DNA of 64,000 bases from Octopus sinensis. Lineage: Eukaryota. The notes beneath the pieces are model-generated. The model was not told the origin of the DNA. It ran no database searches and saw only the letters and a program-made list of their open reading frames with translations. The DNA lies in the NCBI RefSeq assembly GCF_006345805.1, contig NC_043002.1, positions 54,560,001-54,624,000 on the forward strand. Reading direction: 5' to 3'. A program made the translations under genes and the position numbers. Positions 26,245 to 39,077 of this stretch are shown here, piece after piece (positions within the stretch are counted from its first letter, which is position 1; each line of letters begins with the position of its first letter).

Positions 26245-26317
26245 GGTCACTGCCTGGAATCGAACTCGGAATCTTGGGGTTAGTAGCCCGCGCTCTTAAC
26301 CACTACGCCATATGCTC
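26245..26317 (-). promoter_or_regulatory. tRNA-derived Pol III head (A and B boxes)
   Basis: A box TGGCGTAGTGG (26310-26300), B box GTTCGATTCC (26265-26256), anticodon-like loop CT-ACT-AA. The acceptor stem does not pair well, so this is not a functional tRNA. Confidence 0.8.
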
Positions 26318-26363
26318 GTGGGCATACCTTAGGAATGAGAACCCGGGTTTGAAATTTCCCCAA

Positions 26364-26409
26364 GACACCTGATGAAGGCTGGAAGGTATATCAGCCGAAA
26401 CGTTGATAA
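26364..26409 (+). ncRNA. Hammerhead motif in the inverted arm (stem I degenerate)
   Basis: GACAC-CUGAUGA-A-GGCUG(GAAGGUAUAU)CAGCC-GAAA-CGUU-GAUAA. Confidence 0.6.
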
Positions 26410-26635
26410 CAATAAACAAGATGAGGACAAATATCCGTCAAATATAAATAATATAAATAATTGCATGTCTTGTTTTCTATTTGTTTCTTTCGTTGTTCGC
26501 CAAAAAAAAACTTCGTATTCCATATTTTCGTATTTCGTATTTCATGTTGTTTACGTTCTGTGATGTCCTGCGCAAGTATATGCATTTGTATATACATATA
26601 TATGCAAGTATGCACATATATGTCTGTATATATGC

Positions 26636-26832
26636 ATGTGTGGTAAGTAGCTTGCTTACCAACCACATGGTTCCAGGTTCAGTCCCACTGTGTGGCACCT
26701 TGGGCAAGTGTCTCCTACTATAGCCTCGGGCCGACCAAAGCCTTGTGAGTGGATTTGGTAGACGGAAACGGAATGAAGCCCGTTGTATATATGTATATAT
26801 ATAATATATATATATATATATATGTGTGTGTG

Positions 26833-26900
<68 letters not shown>

Positions 26901-27120
26901 GTGTTTGTGTATCTGTATTTTTCCCCCTAGCGTTGCTTGACAACCGATGCTGGTGTGTTTATGTCCCCGTCACTTAGCGGTTCGACAAAAGAGACCGATA
27001 GAATAAGTACTGGGCTTACAAAGAATAAGTCCCGGAGTCGAGTTGCCCGATTAAGGGTGGTGCTCCAGCATGGCCGCAGTCAAATGACTGAAACAAGTAA
27101 AAGAGTAAAGAGTAAAGAGA
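26636..27120 (+). mobile_element. SINE family B (tRNA head, CORE-like motif, internal AT/GT microsatellite)
   Basis: tggtaagtagcttgcttaccaaccacatgg..ggttcagtcccactg..caccttgggcaagtg..; tail gtaaaagagtaaagag. Confidence 0.9.
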
Positions 27121-27933
27121 ATATATATTATTTATATCAATATATGATTGAACGCCACACATCCATTTCCAAATAAGTTTTATCTTAATAATTTCGATGC
27201 GACACTTATTCTATCTTTTCTTTTTCTCTTTCCCTGTCCCTTTTTGTTTCTTCCCTCATCCTTCCTCTAATTCTTTTCCTCTCCCCTTCACCGTTTTCTG
27301 TCCCTCTCTCTCTCCCTCACTCTTCCTCCTTTGCTCTCGCGTTGCTTTTCCTAACTTGAGTTTCTTTCGTTCCTTCTGATCAGCCACAGGGATAAGACGC
27401 ATTCTTATCTGTCTCCTGTCAGAACTTGCTCCTCCACGTCGCCAACTCACCTCGTTTAGGCTTATCAGGCCATCCTATTTGTTTTCACTGTCCTGTTTTG
27501 TTACCAACTTTGACCCTCCGCAAAATCCCAAATTTGATTTAATTTACTTTGCAGGGGCAACTGTTTCCTCGAAGACGTATCTTGTCGTGAATTGGTCGAG
27601 ATACGGAGTAGAAAAACAGCTGGCAACTGATAAAAGCCACTCCCAGAAACACCCTTTTTTCACCTACGGTTGTCTTTTCTATATGTGTAAATCCTTTCTC
27701 AAATAAACTTGCACTTTATTTCTCAAGCTCCGAGGAAACTATAAGGTGATGCACAAGCATTCAGATCTGAATGCACTGCATCTAATACCAGAAATAGGTG
27801 TAACCTAATGAAGTTCATAGCATAATTTCTTATTCCTTTGTCATTCTAATTTCTTATTACTGCTCTGCCCATCGACTAACGCATCTAAAACCGAGTTATT
27901 AGCTTCGCTATCCTTAATTTGTGGTGTATATAT

Positions 27934-28002
<69 letters not shown>

Positions 28003-28429
28003 GTGTGTGTTGTTTCTTTTCTATTCTAGGCAAAAGGCCCGAAATTTGGGGGGATGGGGACAGTCGATTAGATCGTCCCCGCGTGTGTGTGTGTGTGTTG
28101 TGCGAGAGTATGGCGCCCTCTGGTGGGAAAGAACTTGGACCACTACATATAAATAGTAGCGGTCTGAGTGAATAGTTTGTGCTAGTTTCACAGTTCGTGT
28201 GTTGATAATTCGAAGTTGGAGTTCAAAGTTTACAGTTCGAGTTAGCGTGTTGGTCTGCTGGTTCTTAAAAGATCGTGGTTACGTTCCTTGTGGTTACTGT
28301 CGTTTGTTTTGATTATATTGTTATGACACTGTTGCAGGTATTCGTTTATCCACAAGGATATCATATCTAGTTCGAAACTCACATTGGCTATTTAACAATT
28401 TTTGCGTCTTGGAAAACCTATTAGCAGTA

Positions 28430-29190
28430 GTAGAGCTTCAAGATAAGCAGCAGCAACAACTACAAGAGTTGCGAAAACAAATATAACAACAACACCAATT
28501 AATTTAGTTACAATCGGCGAAGTTCGAAAATCCAGTAAGCTCGTTTACGCCAGACGGCGTGGCTAACGCAATTTCTGAATTTATGTATCATCCGGAGCAG
28601 GGTGTTACGTTTCCCGCGTATTATAGAAGTTACAAGGAAATTTTTGCAACGAGTGCATGTCATTGGTGGAGAAGCAGAAGTAAGGCTTTTATTACGCAAG
28701 GTAGCTCTTGCTGAACATAAACGTTACTTTAACTTTATTCTGCCCAAAAGTCGAGTGAGGCTGGTTTCCAAGAAACCGTGGAACTGTTATAAATTTTTTT
28801 TTTTTTGTGATAGAAGTTCATTATTCAACCAGAATGGAGCGCTGGAACTTAACAAAAATGTAGGAGGGTGATATTATCACCTACGTCGGAGTAGTCAACC
28901 GTATGTGGGAAAATTTCAAACTCCAGAATCTCACTCAGGATATGCTCAAATCACTTATCTTCGTGCAAGGACTTATTGCACCTGAATATAGAGAAATTCG
29001 GACAAGGATTCTCTCGAAAATGGAGCAAGCAAACCAGGATTTATCTTTACAGATCATCACAGAAGAATGTCAGACTATGGTAAATCTTAAACATGATGTG
29101 AAAAGAATACAAGATGAAGACTGCAAAAATTCAAATGTGTCGTCCCGAGAAGCACAATTTTAAAAAGTGTCAAGCCCCAATACGTATTAT
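28430..29190 (+). pseudogene. Gypsy gag pseudogene
   Basis: ISEFMYHPEQGVTFPAYYRSY, VRLLLRKV...HKRYFNFILPK, SLFNQ, DMLKSLIFVQGL...EIRTRILSKME; typical of invertebrate Mag-group gag. Confidence 0.75.
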
Positions 29191-29199
29191 GGTTGTAGA

Positions 29200-30503
29200 G
29201 GTTCACTTTGAGTGAAGAAAAATGCGAATTCTTTCTACCCTAAATTAAGTACTTAGGGCAAATAATTGACAAAAGTAGTAGACGTCTTGACCCATTAAGG
29301 GCAAATGCAATAAGGAATATGCCTGCGCCGACAAATATTCCAACTTTACAAGCATTTCTTGGGTTGGCAAATTATTATCAAAGCTACATTCCTAATATGC
29401 ACAAGTTAAGAGCTCCATTGAACGACTTATTAAAAAAAGGAGCAAAGTGGAATTGGTACACTAAATGCCGAAATACTTTTGAAGAAATAAAAAAAAATTC
29501 TAATCCCAGACCTGTCATTAGCACATTACGATCCGGAAGTGAACATCATTGTAGTGTCTGATGCTTCCTCGCACGGATTAGGTGCAGTTCTACTTCATAA
29601 ATACGAAGATGGAAGTACGAAACCAGTGGTTCATGTTTCATGCTCGTTAATAGCAGCAGTGAAGAGATATAGTCATTATACTAGTAATTATTTTTGCGGT
29701 TAAAAAATTTCACGGGTTTCTGCATGGGTCTAAAAAAGGGTTACCGACTAATACTACTAAATTATAATTTCAAAATGCAATACATTCCGTCGAAAAAAAT
29801 CGTTCATGCAGACTGCTTTTCGAGATCAATTCCCAAAAATATGGAACCACTAGAAGAGGCTGTTATAGCCGCATTGCAGGCAGAAAGTGAAATTAAAAGT
29901 GTTATGACGAACGTTATGCAAGAACAGCTAGTGACGGCACAGGATATAAGAATGAAAGCTGTAGGTGAGGAGTATATTACGAAAATAAAAGAAGCTTTAA
30001 AAAATAAACAGAATAAAATCTCAGATACTAGTAGTTTTTCAATTTGTGACGATATTCTAATGTATGCCCAAAGAGTGGTGATTCCAACCACATTAATAAA
30101 AGGTGTATTGCAATAATTTCACAACGGACATCCAGGAATGGCAAGGATGAAGGCTCTCATGAGGAGTTATGTCTGTTAGCAGTCTATGGACCGAGATATC
30201 GAAAGCTTGGTGAGACCGTGCCGAGGTTACGCGCTCACAGACAAAGCCTCACCTGTAAAATAACAATCATGACCAGAAACGGAGAACCCATGGTCTAGGT
30301 TACACGTTAACTATGCCGGACCGGTATACGGCGCTTACTATTTAATCGAAGTAGATAGCTGTGCTAAGTGACCTGAGGTTTGCAAGTACTCTAGACCAAC
30401 CTCAAAGACAACTATACAATTCTTATACGAATTGCTTGCGCGATACGTTGTCCTTGACACGCTAGTTTCAGATAACCGAACGCAGTTCTTTGGGTATGAA
30501 TTC
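29200..30503 (+). pseudogene. Gypsy pol pseudogene (RT C-terminus, RNase H, integrase N-terminal part)
   Basis: KCEF..IKYLGQII, MPAPTNIPTLQAFLGLANYY, SDASSHGLGAVL, HADCFSR, HNGHPGMARMKALMRSYV, PWSRLHVNYAGP, TLVSDNRTQF. Confidence 0.92.
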
Positions 30504-30504
30504 T

Positions 30505-30607
30505 GTGTCAGTGGAATGCTGAGCCACACGCACGCTAATTTCACGAGCAGAGTGTTCGTTGATTGGATCAACTGGAACCTCCGTTGTCGTAACCGACGAA
30601 GTGACAG
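30505..30607 (+). mobile_element. 3' fragment of an interspersed repeat (related copy at ~3625-3725)
   Basis: ggaat.ct.agcca....cg.ta..t.cacgag.ag...ggaacc..c.ttgtcg.a.c.gacg shared by both sites. Confidence 0.5.
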
Positions 30608-30630
30608 TTAGGTCATATATATATATACGT

Positions 30631-30935
30631 TGCCCTTTTCAAGCCTAGCCAAGTTCATGGGCCCGGTTTCCCGGTTTCTGTGGCGTATGTGTTCCCCCCA
30701 GCTGGACAGGACGCCAGTCCATCGCAGCGTTACTCAAGAAACAGGAAGAGAGAGTGAGAGAAAGTTGTGGCGAAAGAGTACAACAGGGGTGACCACCACC
30801 ACCACCCTGCCGGAGGCTCGTGGAGCTTTTAGGTGTTTTCGCTCAATAAACACACACAACGCCCGGTCTGAGAATCGAAACCATGATCCTCCGACAGCGA
30901 GTCCGCTGCCTTAACCTGGGGCCTTGCACCTCTCA
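30631..30935 (-). mobile_element. SINE family C (tRNA-Arg-like head) with V-domain-like 3' part
   Basis: Minus strand: ggttaaggcagcggactcgctgtcggaggatcatggtttcgattc head; ctgcgatggactggcgtcctgtccag resembles the V-SINE domain. Confidence 0.75.
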
Positions 30936-30943
30936 TATTATGG

Positions 30944-30975
<32 letters not shown>

Positions 30976-30996
30976 TTATATATATATAATTTATAG

Positions 30997-31027
<31 letters not shown>

Positions 31028-31893
31028 TGTGTATGTGTGTTGTGTGTGGTGTATTCTTTTCATTTTTCTTTTTCTTGTTTCAATATTTGACTGCGGCCAT
31101 GCTGGAGCACGCCTTTAGTTGAACACGACCCCCAGGACTTATCTTTGTAAGCCTTACTTATTCTACTGTTTTCTTTGCTGAATACATGGATATACATGAG
31201 CACACATGCACACATACACATATACATACCAAACACACCACCATATATGTATGTATGAATGTGTTTGTGTGAATGTATGCATGCCATATTATATATATAT
31301 ATATAATATATATATATAATATATATATATATAGTGAGATATATATATATATATATATAATATATTATATATATTATGCATACATAACATTCACACCAGG
31401 CACAGACAGACACAAACACAAACACACACACATTCATACATACATGTATGCGTGTGTTTGTGCATGTGTATGAGCATGTGTGCACACGGGAATGTGTGCT
31501 CATGATGTATATCCATGTGTTTATATGCATGTACGTATGAACGCATGAATGTATGTATGTATGTATGTATGTATGTATGTATGTATGTATGTATGTATGT
31601 ATGTGAAAATCATCAGAGAAGTGAGAAGTTTGGAAGAAAAGGTATATGTGCATGGGATGTTTGCTGTCTTGTAGCATAATTTTCTCTCCTATTCACTAAT
31701 CGATTTGTGATTGATAATACACAGGAAGATCCACACGCGCGCGCACATGTACACACACACACATACACACACGTATGCGTGCATGTAGACAAGAGACTGC
31801 ACACACATACTTGATTGGGGTTCTCACCATTTTGCACACACACACACACATTATCATCTCTCTTTCTCTCTCTCCTGTCTCTCTCCCCTCGCT

Positions 31894-31943
<50 letters not shown>

Positions 31944-32049
31944 GTGTCCTACAAAGAAAAGGAGCCTCCAATTAGTCGCTCAGCCGATTAGAAATAGCAA
32001 TCAAAATCTTCTTCGAATCGTTCTTTAGCGTGCTAAATAAGATTGGGAG

Positions 32050-32119
32050 ATGTAGTTATATAACTACATATACATTCATACACACATACATACATACATA
32101 CATACATACATACATACAT

Positions 32120-32150
<31 letters not shown>

Positions 32151-32179
32151 TACATACATACATACATACATACATACAT

Positions 32180-32210
<31 letters not shown>

Positions 32211-32214
32211 TACA

Positions 32215-32248
<34 letters not shown>

Positions 32249-32950
32249 CATACATACATACATACAAACATGCATGCATATATATATATATATATACGTG
32301 AGTGGGTGTGCATGTATATTTGGATATATATGTAAGTATATGTACTTCTATATGTCTTCATATGTGTGTGTATGTGTGTGTGTTGAGTTTGCATATGTGT
32401 GTGTATGTGTACGTGTGTGTATGTGTACGTGCTGGCTCGCACACGTATGCCTGAAGAAAGATTGTTTCATGCTTTGAACACATTTGATTATGAGTCCGAA
32501 AATCAACATTTCACAAACACTGCCACCGATTACAATAACACAACTCATATAACACCACATACTTCACACAACCGCCCCGCCACCCACACCACTACCACCA
32601 ACCACACCACCACCACCACCACCACCACCACTACCACCACCACCACCACCATTACCACCACCACAATCAATACCTCACAAATCGACACCTCAACCAAATT
32701 AAAAGAAGAAAAATGACACCACCCCCAGCACCACTTGCGCAGCGACACCTCCTCTTCCAGCTTCAATACTACCACCCTCACCATCACCACTTACATGCAG
32801 ACACCTCTACAAACTTTAATAACAACACAGCTACCATCACCACTACTACTACTACTACTTCTACCACTCACGTACCGACTCTGCTATCAACTTCAACAAT
32901 ACCATCGCCACCTCCGTCCCCACCACCTGTAACAACTTCAAGATCACATC
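32050..32950. repeat. (CATA)n and degenerate (CAC)n microsatellites
   Basis: Direct inspection. Confidence 0.9.
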
Positions 32951-33144
32951 AGTCTATGATGCTAAGGTATCAGCATATAATAAGAAAAACTTCGCTCAAT
33001 GAAAATTATCTAAGCAGTTAGTAGAAAGACTCTCCCTTTATAGGAGATTAAAATCTAAACAACAACCACAACAAAACACAGAAACAAAGGAAGCGACTCT
33101 AATTTGATCAGTTGATAGACATTTTTTTTTAACAACAGAGATAC

Positions 33145-33856
33145 TAGACACTGCATGACACCTTGGGCAAGTGTTTTCTACTATACCCCCGCGCCGAGTA
33201 AAGCCTTGTGGATGGATTTGTTAGAGGGAAACGGAAAGAATTGTTCGCGCGTGCATAAGGCACTTGCCTTGTTAAGGTGCCATGCAGTGGGACTGAACCC
33301 GGAAACATGTGGCTTGGAAACAGGCTTCTTACCACACAGCCACACCTGTGCATATAAAAGTGTGTGTGCGTGTGTATACGTGTTTGTCCCTCTTCATCGC
33401 TTGACAGTCAATGTTGGTTTGTTTACGTCCTCGTAACTTAGCATTCGGCAAAAAGGAACCCAATGGATTAAGTACCAAGTACCAGCCTTAAAAATAAATA
33501 TTGGTGTCGATCTGTCTGAACTAAAACCCTTCCAGGAGATTCCCGGGCTTGGCAGCAGTCCAATAAGTGAAACAGTGGTTCTCAAAGTGGGCAGTATTGA
33601 CCCCCTGGGGAGGCGCAGTTGAAAGTTCCAAGGGGGCGATAATGGCGTAGTGATTCATGTAAAAACAACAGAATAATGGGTTCATTAGGTTAAGTTTTAT
33701 TTATGAAATAGTTGCTTTGAATTTGCTTCAGAAAGGGGTCTATGCTTGTGATGGTTAGTTGGGGTGGGGGCACTTAGAATGTGGCCTGGTCATGAAGGGG
33801 GCGGGAGCCGGAAAAAGTTTGGGAACCACTAGAGTAAAAGATAAAAGATAAAAGCT
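33145..33856. mobile_element. Rearranged SINE family B
   Basis: Plus-strand body 33146-33240, minus-strand head 33260-33350, plus-strand 3' part 33365-33570, tail resumes at 33832. Confidence 0.7.
33573..33831. mobile_element. hAT/Charlie-type MITE inserted in the SINE tail
   Basis: TIRs cagtggttctcaaa / tttgggaaccacta; degenerate 8-bp TSD aagtgaaa / gagtaaaa. Confidence 0.8.
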
Positions 33857-34189
33857 AGAAGAATGAGCCAACGCGAGAGTCTCTACATGGTTGCTCTACC
33901 TGCTAGAAATAATAGCCAAATTTCTTTCTTTCTCATCCTCTCTCTCTCTCTCACACACACACTCTCTCTCTCACTCTTTCTCTCTCCCTCCCTCCCTCTC
34001 ATTCTCTCTCAAATGACACCTGGACGTCTTCACAAAAAGACACGCTGGATAATGTAGCTTGGAGTATAAGAACATGCTTGAACATGGCCAAAGTTATAAA
34101 ATATCCAAAGATCTGAAATATCTTCTAGATTAGGGTCAGTAAAAAGCGAAATATCAACAGTACAAATATCCAAAGACCAACTCTCAAGC

Positions 34190-34670
34190 AATACGCCACC
34201 ACCAAAATATAAGTTTCAATACCACAACCACCACCACCACCACCACCACCACCACCAAAATATAAGTTTCACTACCACAACCACCACCACCACCACTACC
34301 ACCACCTGTACCGCAAACAAAACCGGCACCTCTACGAACTTTAATACAATAACACTACATCTAACCACTATCACAAACTACCCCCGTCATCATCATCATC
34401 ATTTCCACCAACGCCATCACCGACACAACTACTACAACTACCATCATATCTATCACTATTTTGACTGCCACCACCACCATCATCAGTACCATCAGCAACA
34501 ATACAACCACCCACCACCACTTCCACAAACAGATTCCCCACCCCAACTATCACCCCCCACACACACATACACACACGCGCACATATAACATCTACCCTCA
34601 CCAGTACCAACACCACAACCGATACAACCACCACAACAACCGCTAATCATCACCCTCGTCGTCATCATCC

Positions 34671-34718
<48 letters not shown>

Positions 34719-34752
34719 CTACCACCACAACAACCGGTAATTATCACCCTCG

Positions 34753-34783
<31 letters not shown>

Positions 34784-35001
34784 TACTATCATCATCATCA
34801 CTATCATCATCATCATCATCATCATCATTACTATCAACATCATCATCACTCATCATCATCATCATCATCATCATCATTACTATCATCATCATCACTATCA
34901 TCATCACTATCATCATCATCATCACTATCATCATCATTACTATCATCATCATCATCACTATCATCATCATCATCATCATCATTACTATCATCATCATCAC
35001 T

Positions 35002-35038
<37 letters not shown>

Positions 35039-35777
35039 CTCTCATCATCATCATCGTTGTGATCGTCGTCATCACATTCCATCACTGCCAGCATCATCAT
35101 CATCACCACCACCACCACCACCACTTGTACGATCACTACCACAATCATCAACAGCAGCCGTATCGTTGTCCTCCTCCTCCTCCTCATCATCATCATCATC
35201 GCCATCATATTCCACCACTATCACCAGCAGCAGCAGCACCACCACCACCACCAAAAAACTCCCTCCCCTCATCTATTGTAATTACTGTCATCAACGCCAC
35301 CATCGAATCACCGTTATCATAGACACCATAAACATCAGCCTCACCACCACCACCACAATCAACATCATCAATACAAATTATGATGTCAGAACTGACATCC
35401 TCCGACAGCTGCACCATTGTGAACAGAGCCAACATCAATGTAGTCGTAGTTGTCGTCGTCATTATTACCGCCATCATCATCAACATCATCATCATCATCA
35501 GCATCATCATCATCATCATCATCATCATCGTCGTCGTCGTCGTCGCCGTCGCCGCCGCCGCTGTCGTCGAAGTCGTCGTCGTCATAGTCATGGTCACCAC
35601 CAACATCACTACTTCTGTTATCATCACTACCACCACACTCGCAGAGAGAGAGAGACGGGGGGAAACATGTGGGGTCGAGGCATTAATGTCTCAATCAATA
35701 TTCAGTTTTTTTACAACCAACCATCCGACACTACCATCTGTGAATAACAGTTCACTACCACCACCACCACCACCGTT

Positions 35778-35811
<34 letters not shown>

Positions 35812-36460
35812 CCATAATCGTAACTGTCGCCGCCCCCGCAAGGACTGACACGATGACGACGACGGCCACTACCACCACAACAACAACCATCACCACCACC
35901 ATCACTATCATCATTATCCCAACAACCACCATCACCACCATTGACGCCACCACAATCATCAACACCACCAACACCACTACCACCGTCACCATCGTCATCA
36001 TCGTCCCAACCATCACCGTTGCCACCACCATCACCACCATCATCTCTGTAATCATCATCTCAACCAACACCAACACCTTCATCACCACCATCACCATCAC
36101 CATCATCACCATCATCACCTCACCACCATCACCACCACCACCATCAACATTACCACCATCAACATTACCACCACCACCATCACCACCACCACCACCATCA
36201 CCATCACCACCATCAACATTACCACCACCACCATCACCAGCACCACCAGCACCACCAGCACCAGACACCACCACCATCGGGACCATCACCGCCAGTGCCA
36301 CCGTCATCACCACCACTAACATCATTCGAACCACCCCCAAAACGTCACCACTGCCATCATGAGACCATCGCTACCACTACCACCACCACCACCACCACCA
36401 CCACCACCACCACCACCACCCACACACCACCCACTATCAACAACAACCACCACAACCTTT
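34190..36460. repeat. 2.3-kb (CAT)n/(CAC)n/(CGT)n trinucleotide low-complexity array
   Basis: Direct inspection; source of the poly-M/D/H/T/P ORFs. Confidence 0.95.
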
Positions 36461-36723
36461 CTTTTATCGGCTACCATTTATCTCCCTTTCTTCTTCCTGC
36501 TCCCTCTCCGCATTCTTCAATATCTTCCATTCCATCATCTCTTCCCATTTCAATACATCCCTCCCTCACCTCCCGCTCCAACCCGCCCACCCCAATGCTT
36601 CTCCTATTAGCGTCATCATAAGATGCCCGATCCTCCCCATCGCTCACTACTCAAACTTTCTTTTGACGTCATCACGACTCATAGACGCATGTAAACAAAC
36701 ACACACAAACACACACTCACACA

Positions 36724-36766
<43 letters not shown>

Positions 36767-37043
36767 CACACACACACACGCGCGCGCGCGCGCGCGCACA
36801 GAGCGTAGTACAAACACAAAGACATACAGGCAAACATGCTTAAACACAAACGTGCGTAGAAAATTACACGCACTCAGGCCGACATATGTAAATATACATA
36901 CATTCATATATTCATATACACATGGATATACTTACATTCATATCTATGCATACAATATACACACACGTACATATCCATATAATATAATTATATATATATA
37001 TATGTATATATATGTATATATATGTAATATATATATGTATATG

Positions 37044-37093
<50 letters not shown>

Positions 37094-37473
37094 ATATATT
37101 ATATAATATATATGAATATATATATATATATATATGTATGTATATGTATATATATATATATGAATATATATATATGTATGTATGTATGTATGTATTGACA
37201 GATAGATAGACAGATAGATAGATAGATTCCTATATATATATATGATTTCATGTGTGTGTGTATAGAGAGAGAGGGGGCGAGAGAGAGAGAGAGAGAGAAC
37301 ATGAGAGAGAGGAGGGGGCAGAAAAGCATATGCTACAGCACCAACAACCTGTCGAGCGGTTGTGCCGTCTTAGTTATTAAGTATCTTCAGATGAACTAAA
37401 ATTGCACTACTTAGGCTCGTATGCATCTATGTACTGTCTGTCTGTCTGTGTGCATGTCTGGTGTGGTGTGGTA

Positions 37474-37531
<58 letters not shown>

Positions 37532-38059
37532 TGTGAAATGAAACTAACAGGAAGAAAGGACTTTAAACATATCACATAAAGAAAATATGGAACATTCCGA
37601 AATTACATTGCAGTATCCACACATAACCACATGCATACACCTAATATACCGTCGGGTATACATGCAAATAGTGATTGCGCCATCTTCACAGATGATTGCT
37701 GTCTATTTGTGCTTCTCTGTTGTCAATAATTGGTGTGTGCTGTGCTCTCTCTAAAAAGCGCTGGTCAGTCACAAGAATTTTCTTGTCACTGGAAAATGCG
37801 ACGTTGACTTTAGAATAAGACTCCTGTCTTCTACGTGCAGACTTGTTCGCTTCTAGCTGATTAGATCTGAACATATCGCTACTTTCCCATCGCCAGAGGA
37901 CTTTCAGTGTATGGAATGTCATAAAAAGAGATTTGTACCTCATTGGATTATAGTGCAAATACACACAAACAAACATGCTAAACTTAACCCCTTCACTTTA
38001 CCATAGCCAGGGTTTTCCTTTGCTGTTAAACGCCAGAACGATCCTGATCATATAGACCT

Positions 38060-38290
38060 ATTTCTTTACTACCCACAAGGGGCTGAACATAGAGGGGACA
38101 AACAAGGACAGACAAACGAATTAAGTCGATTATATCGACCCCAGTGCGTAAATGGTACTTAATTTATCGACCCCGAAAGGATGAAAGGCAAAGTCGACCT
38201 TGGCGAAATTTGAATTCAGAACGTAACGGCAGACGAAATACGGCTACGCGTTTCGCCCGGCGTGCTAACGTTTCTGCCAGCTCGCCGCCA
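38060..38290 (-). mobile_element. SINE family A, full length, with target-site duplication
   Basis: Complete head-to-tail copy flanked by ctgatcatatagacct at 38044-38059 and 38292-38307. Confidence 0.92.
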
Positions 38291-38819
38291 TCTGATCATA
38301 TAGACCTGTCATGAAAAGTGTCCCAGTGAATACCATCCAGTCCATTTTTTTTCTTCAAGCATAACGTGTCAAGGATTACAATTTATAACGTGTCCCTTTC
38401 TCACACTAGTGTGATTTAAGAGATTTGGTTACTGTTTCTTGCAAGCTGAAAGATTATGTTGAGGCTGTTTCCTTGGTTCGACGAATTACCTGTCATGGAC
38501 TGGAGCCCATCCAATCGATGAATTATCTTCCTTACGAACTGAGAAACTGTATCAATATTTCTGGTTGTTGTCATTTATCCCAAAGTTAGCACCGATCGAT
38601 ATACAGGCATTATTGAAGGTTAAAAGGCTCGCTTTGTAATCCCACTGCGCAGCATCTTCGACAAATTTCTTCTACTATATTCCTGTACCTACAGTAGAAA
38701 GGATTAATTAACATATAGTTTGCACAGTGGACTGCTTTTTAACGTATTACATAGTAGAACAAAATAACTCAACTATTTCGTCAGACATCATTGTATTATT
38801 GATACATATATACATACAT

Positions 38820-38925
38820 ACTGTTGATGTTGAAATTCTAATGAAGAAGCTTTGAATCTAGGTTAGAAACCGGCTCTTCCTCTATTGACAAGAAATCTTG
38901 AAGTAAAACTGAATAATGACATACA
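38820..38925 (+). mobile_element. ~100-bp retroelement 3' end embedded in (CATA)n (second copy 48905-49010, minus)
   Basis: tgttgaaatt.caatgaag.agc.ttg.atctaggttagaaacc...aagaaatcttgaa.taaaactgaataatg followed by (CATA)n in both copies. Confidence 0.7.
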
Positions 38926-39028
38926 TACAGACAGACATATATATATATATATATATACACACACATACATATAAATATATGCATACATACATATATACAC
39001 ATACATACACATACACATACACACACAC

Positions 39029-39061
<33 letters not shown>

Positions 39062-39077
39062 TGTATGTATGTATGTA

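Larger units (their letters stand above)
25987..26459 (-). mobile_element. tRNA-headed, hammerhead-bearing Penelope-like non-autonomous element with an inverted terminal repeat
   Basis: 12-bp direct repeat ATTGCATGTCTT at 25975-25986 and 26460-26471; inverted ~130-bp arms, each with a hammerhead core; tRNA-like head between them. Confidence 0.8.
28096..30503 (+). mobile_element. Gypsy (Mag-like) LTR retrotransposon, internally deleted and 3'-truncated
   Basis: Putative 5' LTR ~28096-28397 (TATA box tataaata, ends TAACA, degenerate PBS follows), then gag and pol remnants in RT-RNase H-integrase order. Confidence 0.85.

Noticed and set aside
26245-26317. Functional tRNA-Ser(ACT) gene
   Set aside because: The acceptor stem does not pair and there is no long variable arm; treated as a SINE-type head.
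34361-36621. Poly-Met/Asp/His/Pro/Thr ORFs (mucin-, extensin- or reflectin-like appearance)
   Set aside because: Open in several frames on both strands because of (CAT)/(CAC) repeats; no reflectin motif.
36778-36798. (GC)n within (CA)n as a Z-DNA regulatory element
   Set aside because: A common microsatellite variant here; no functional context.
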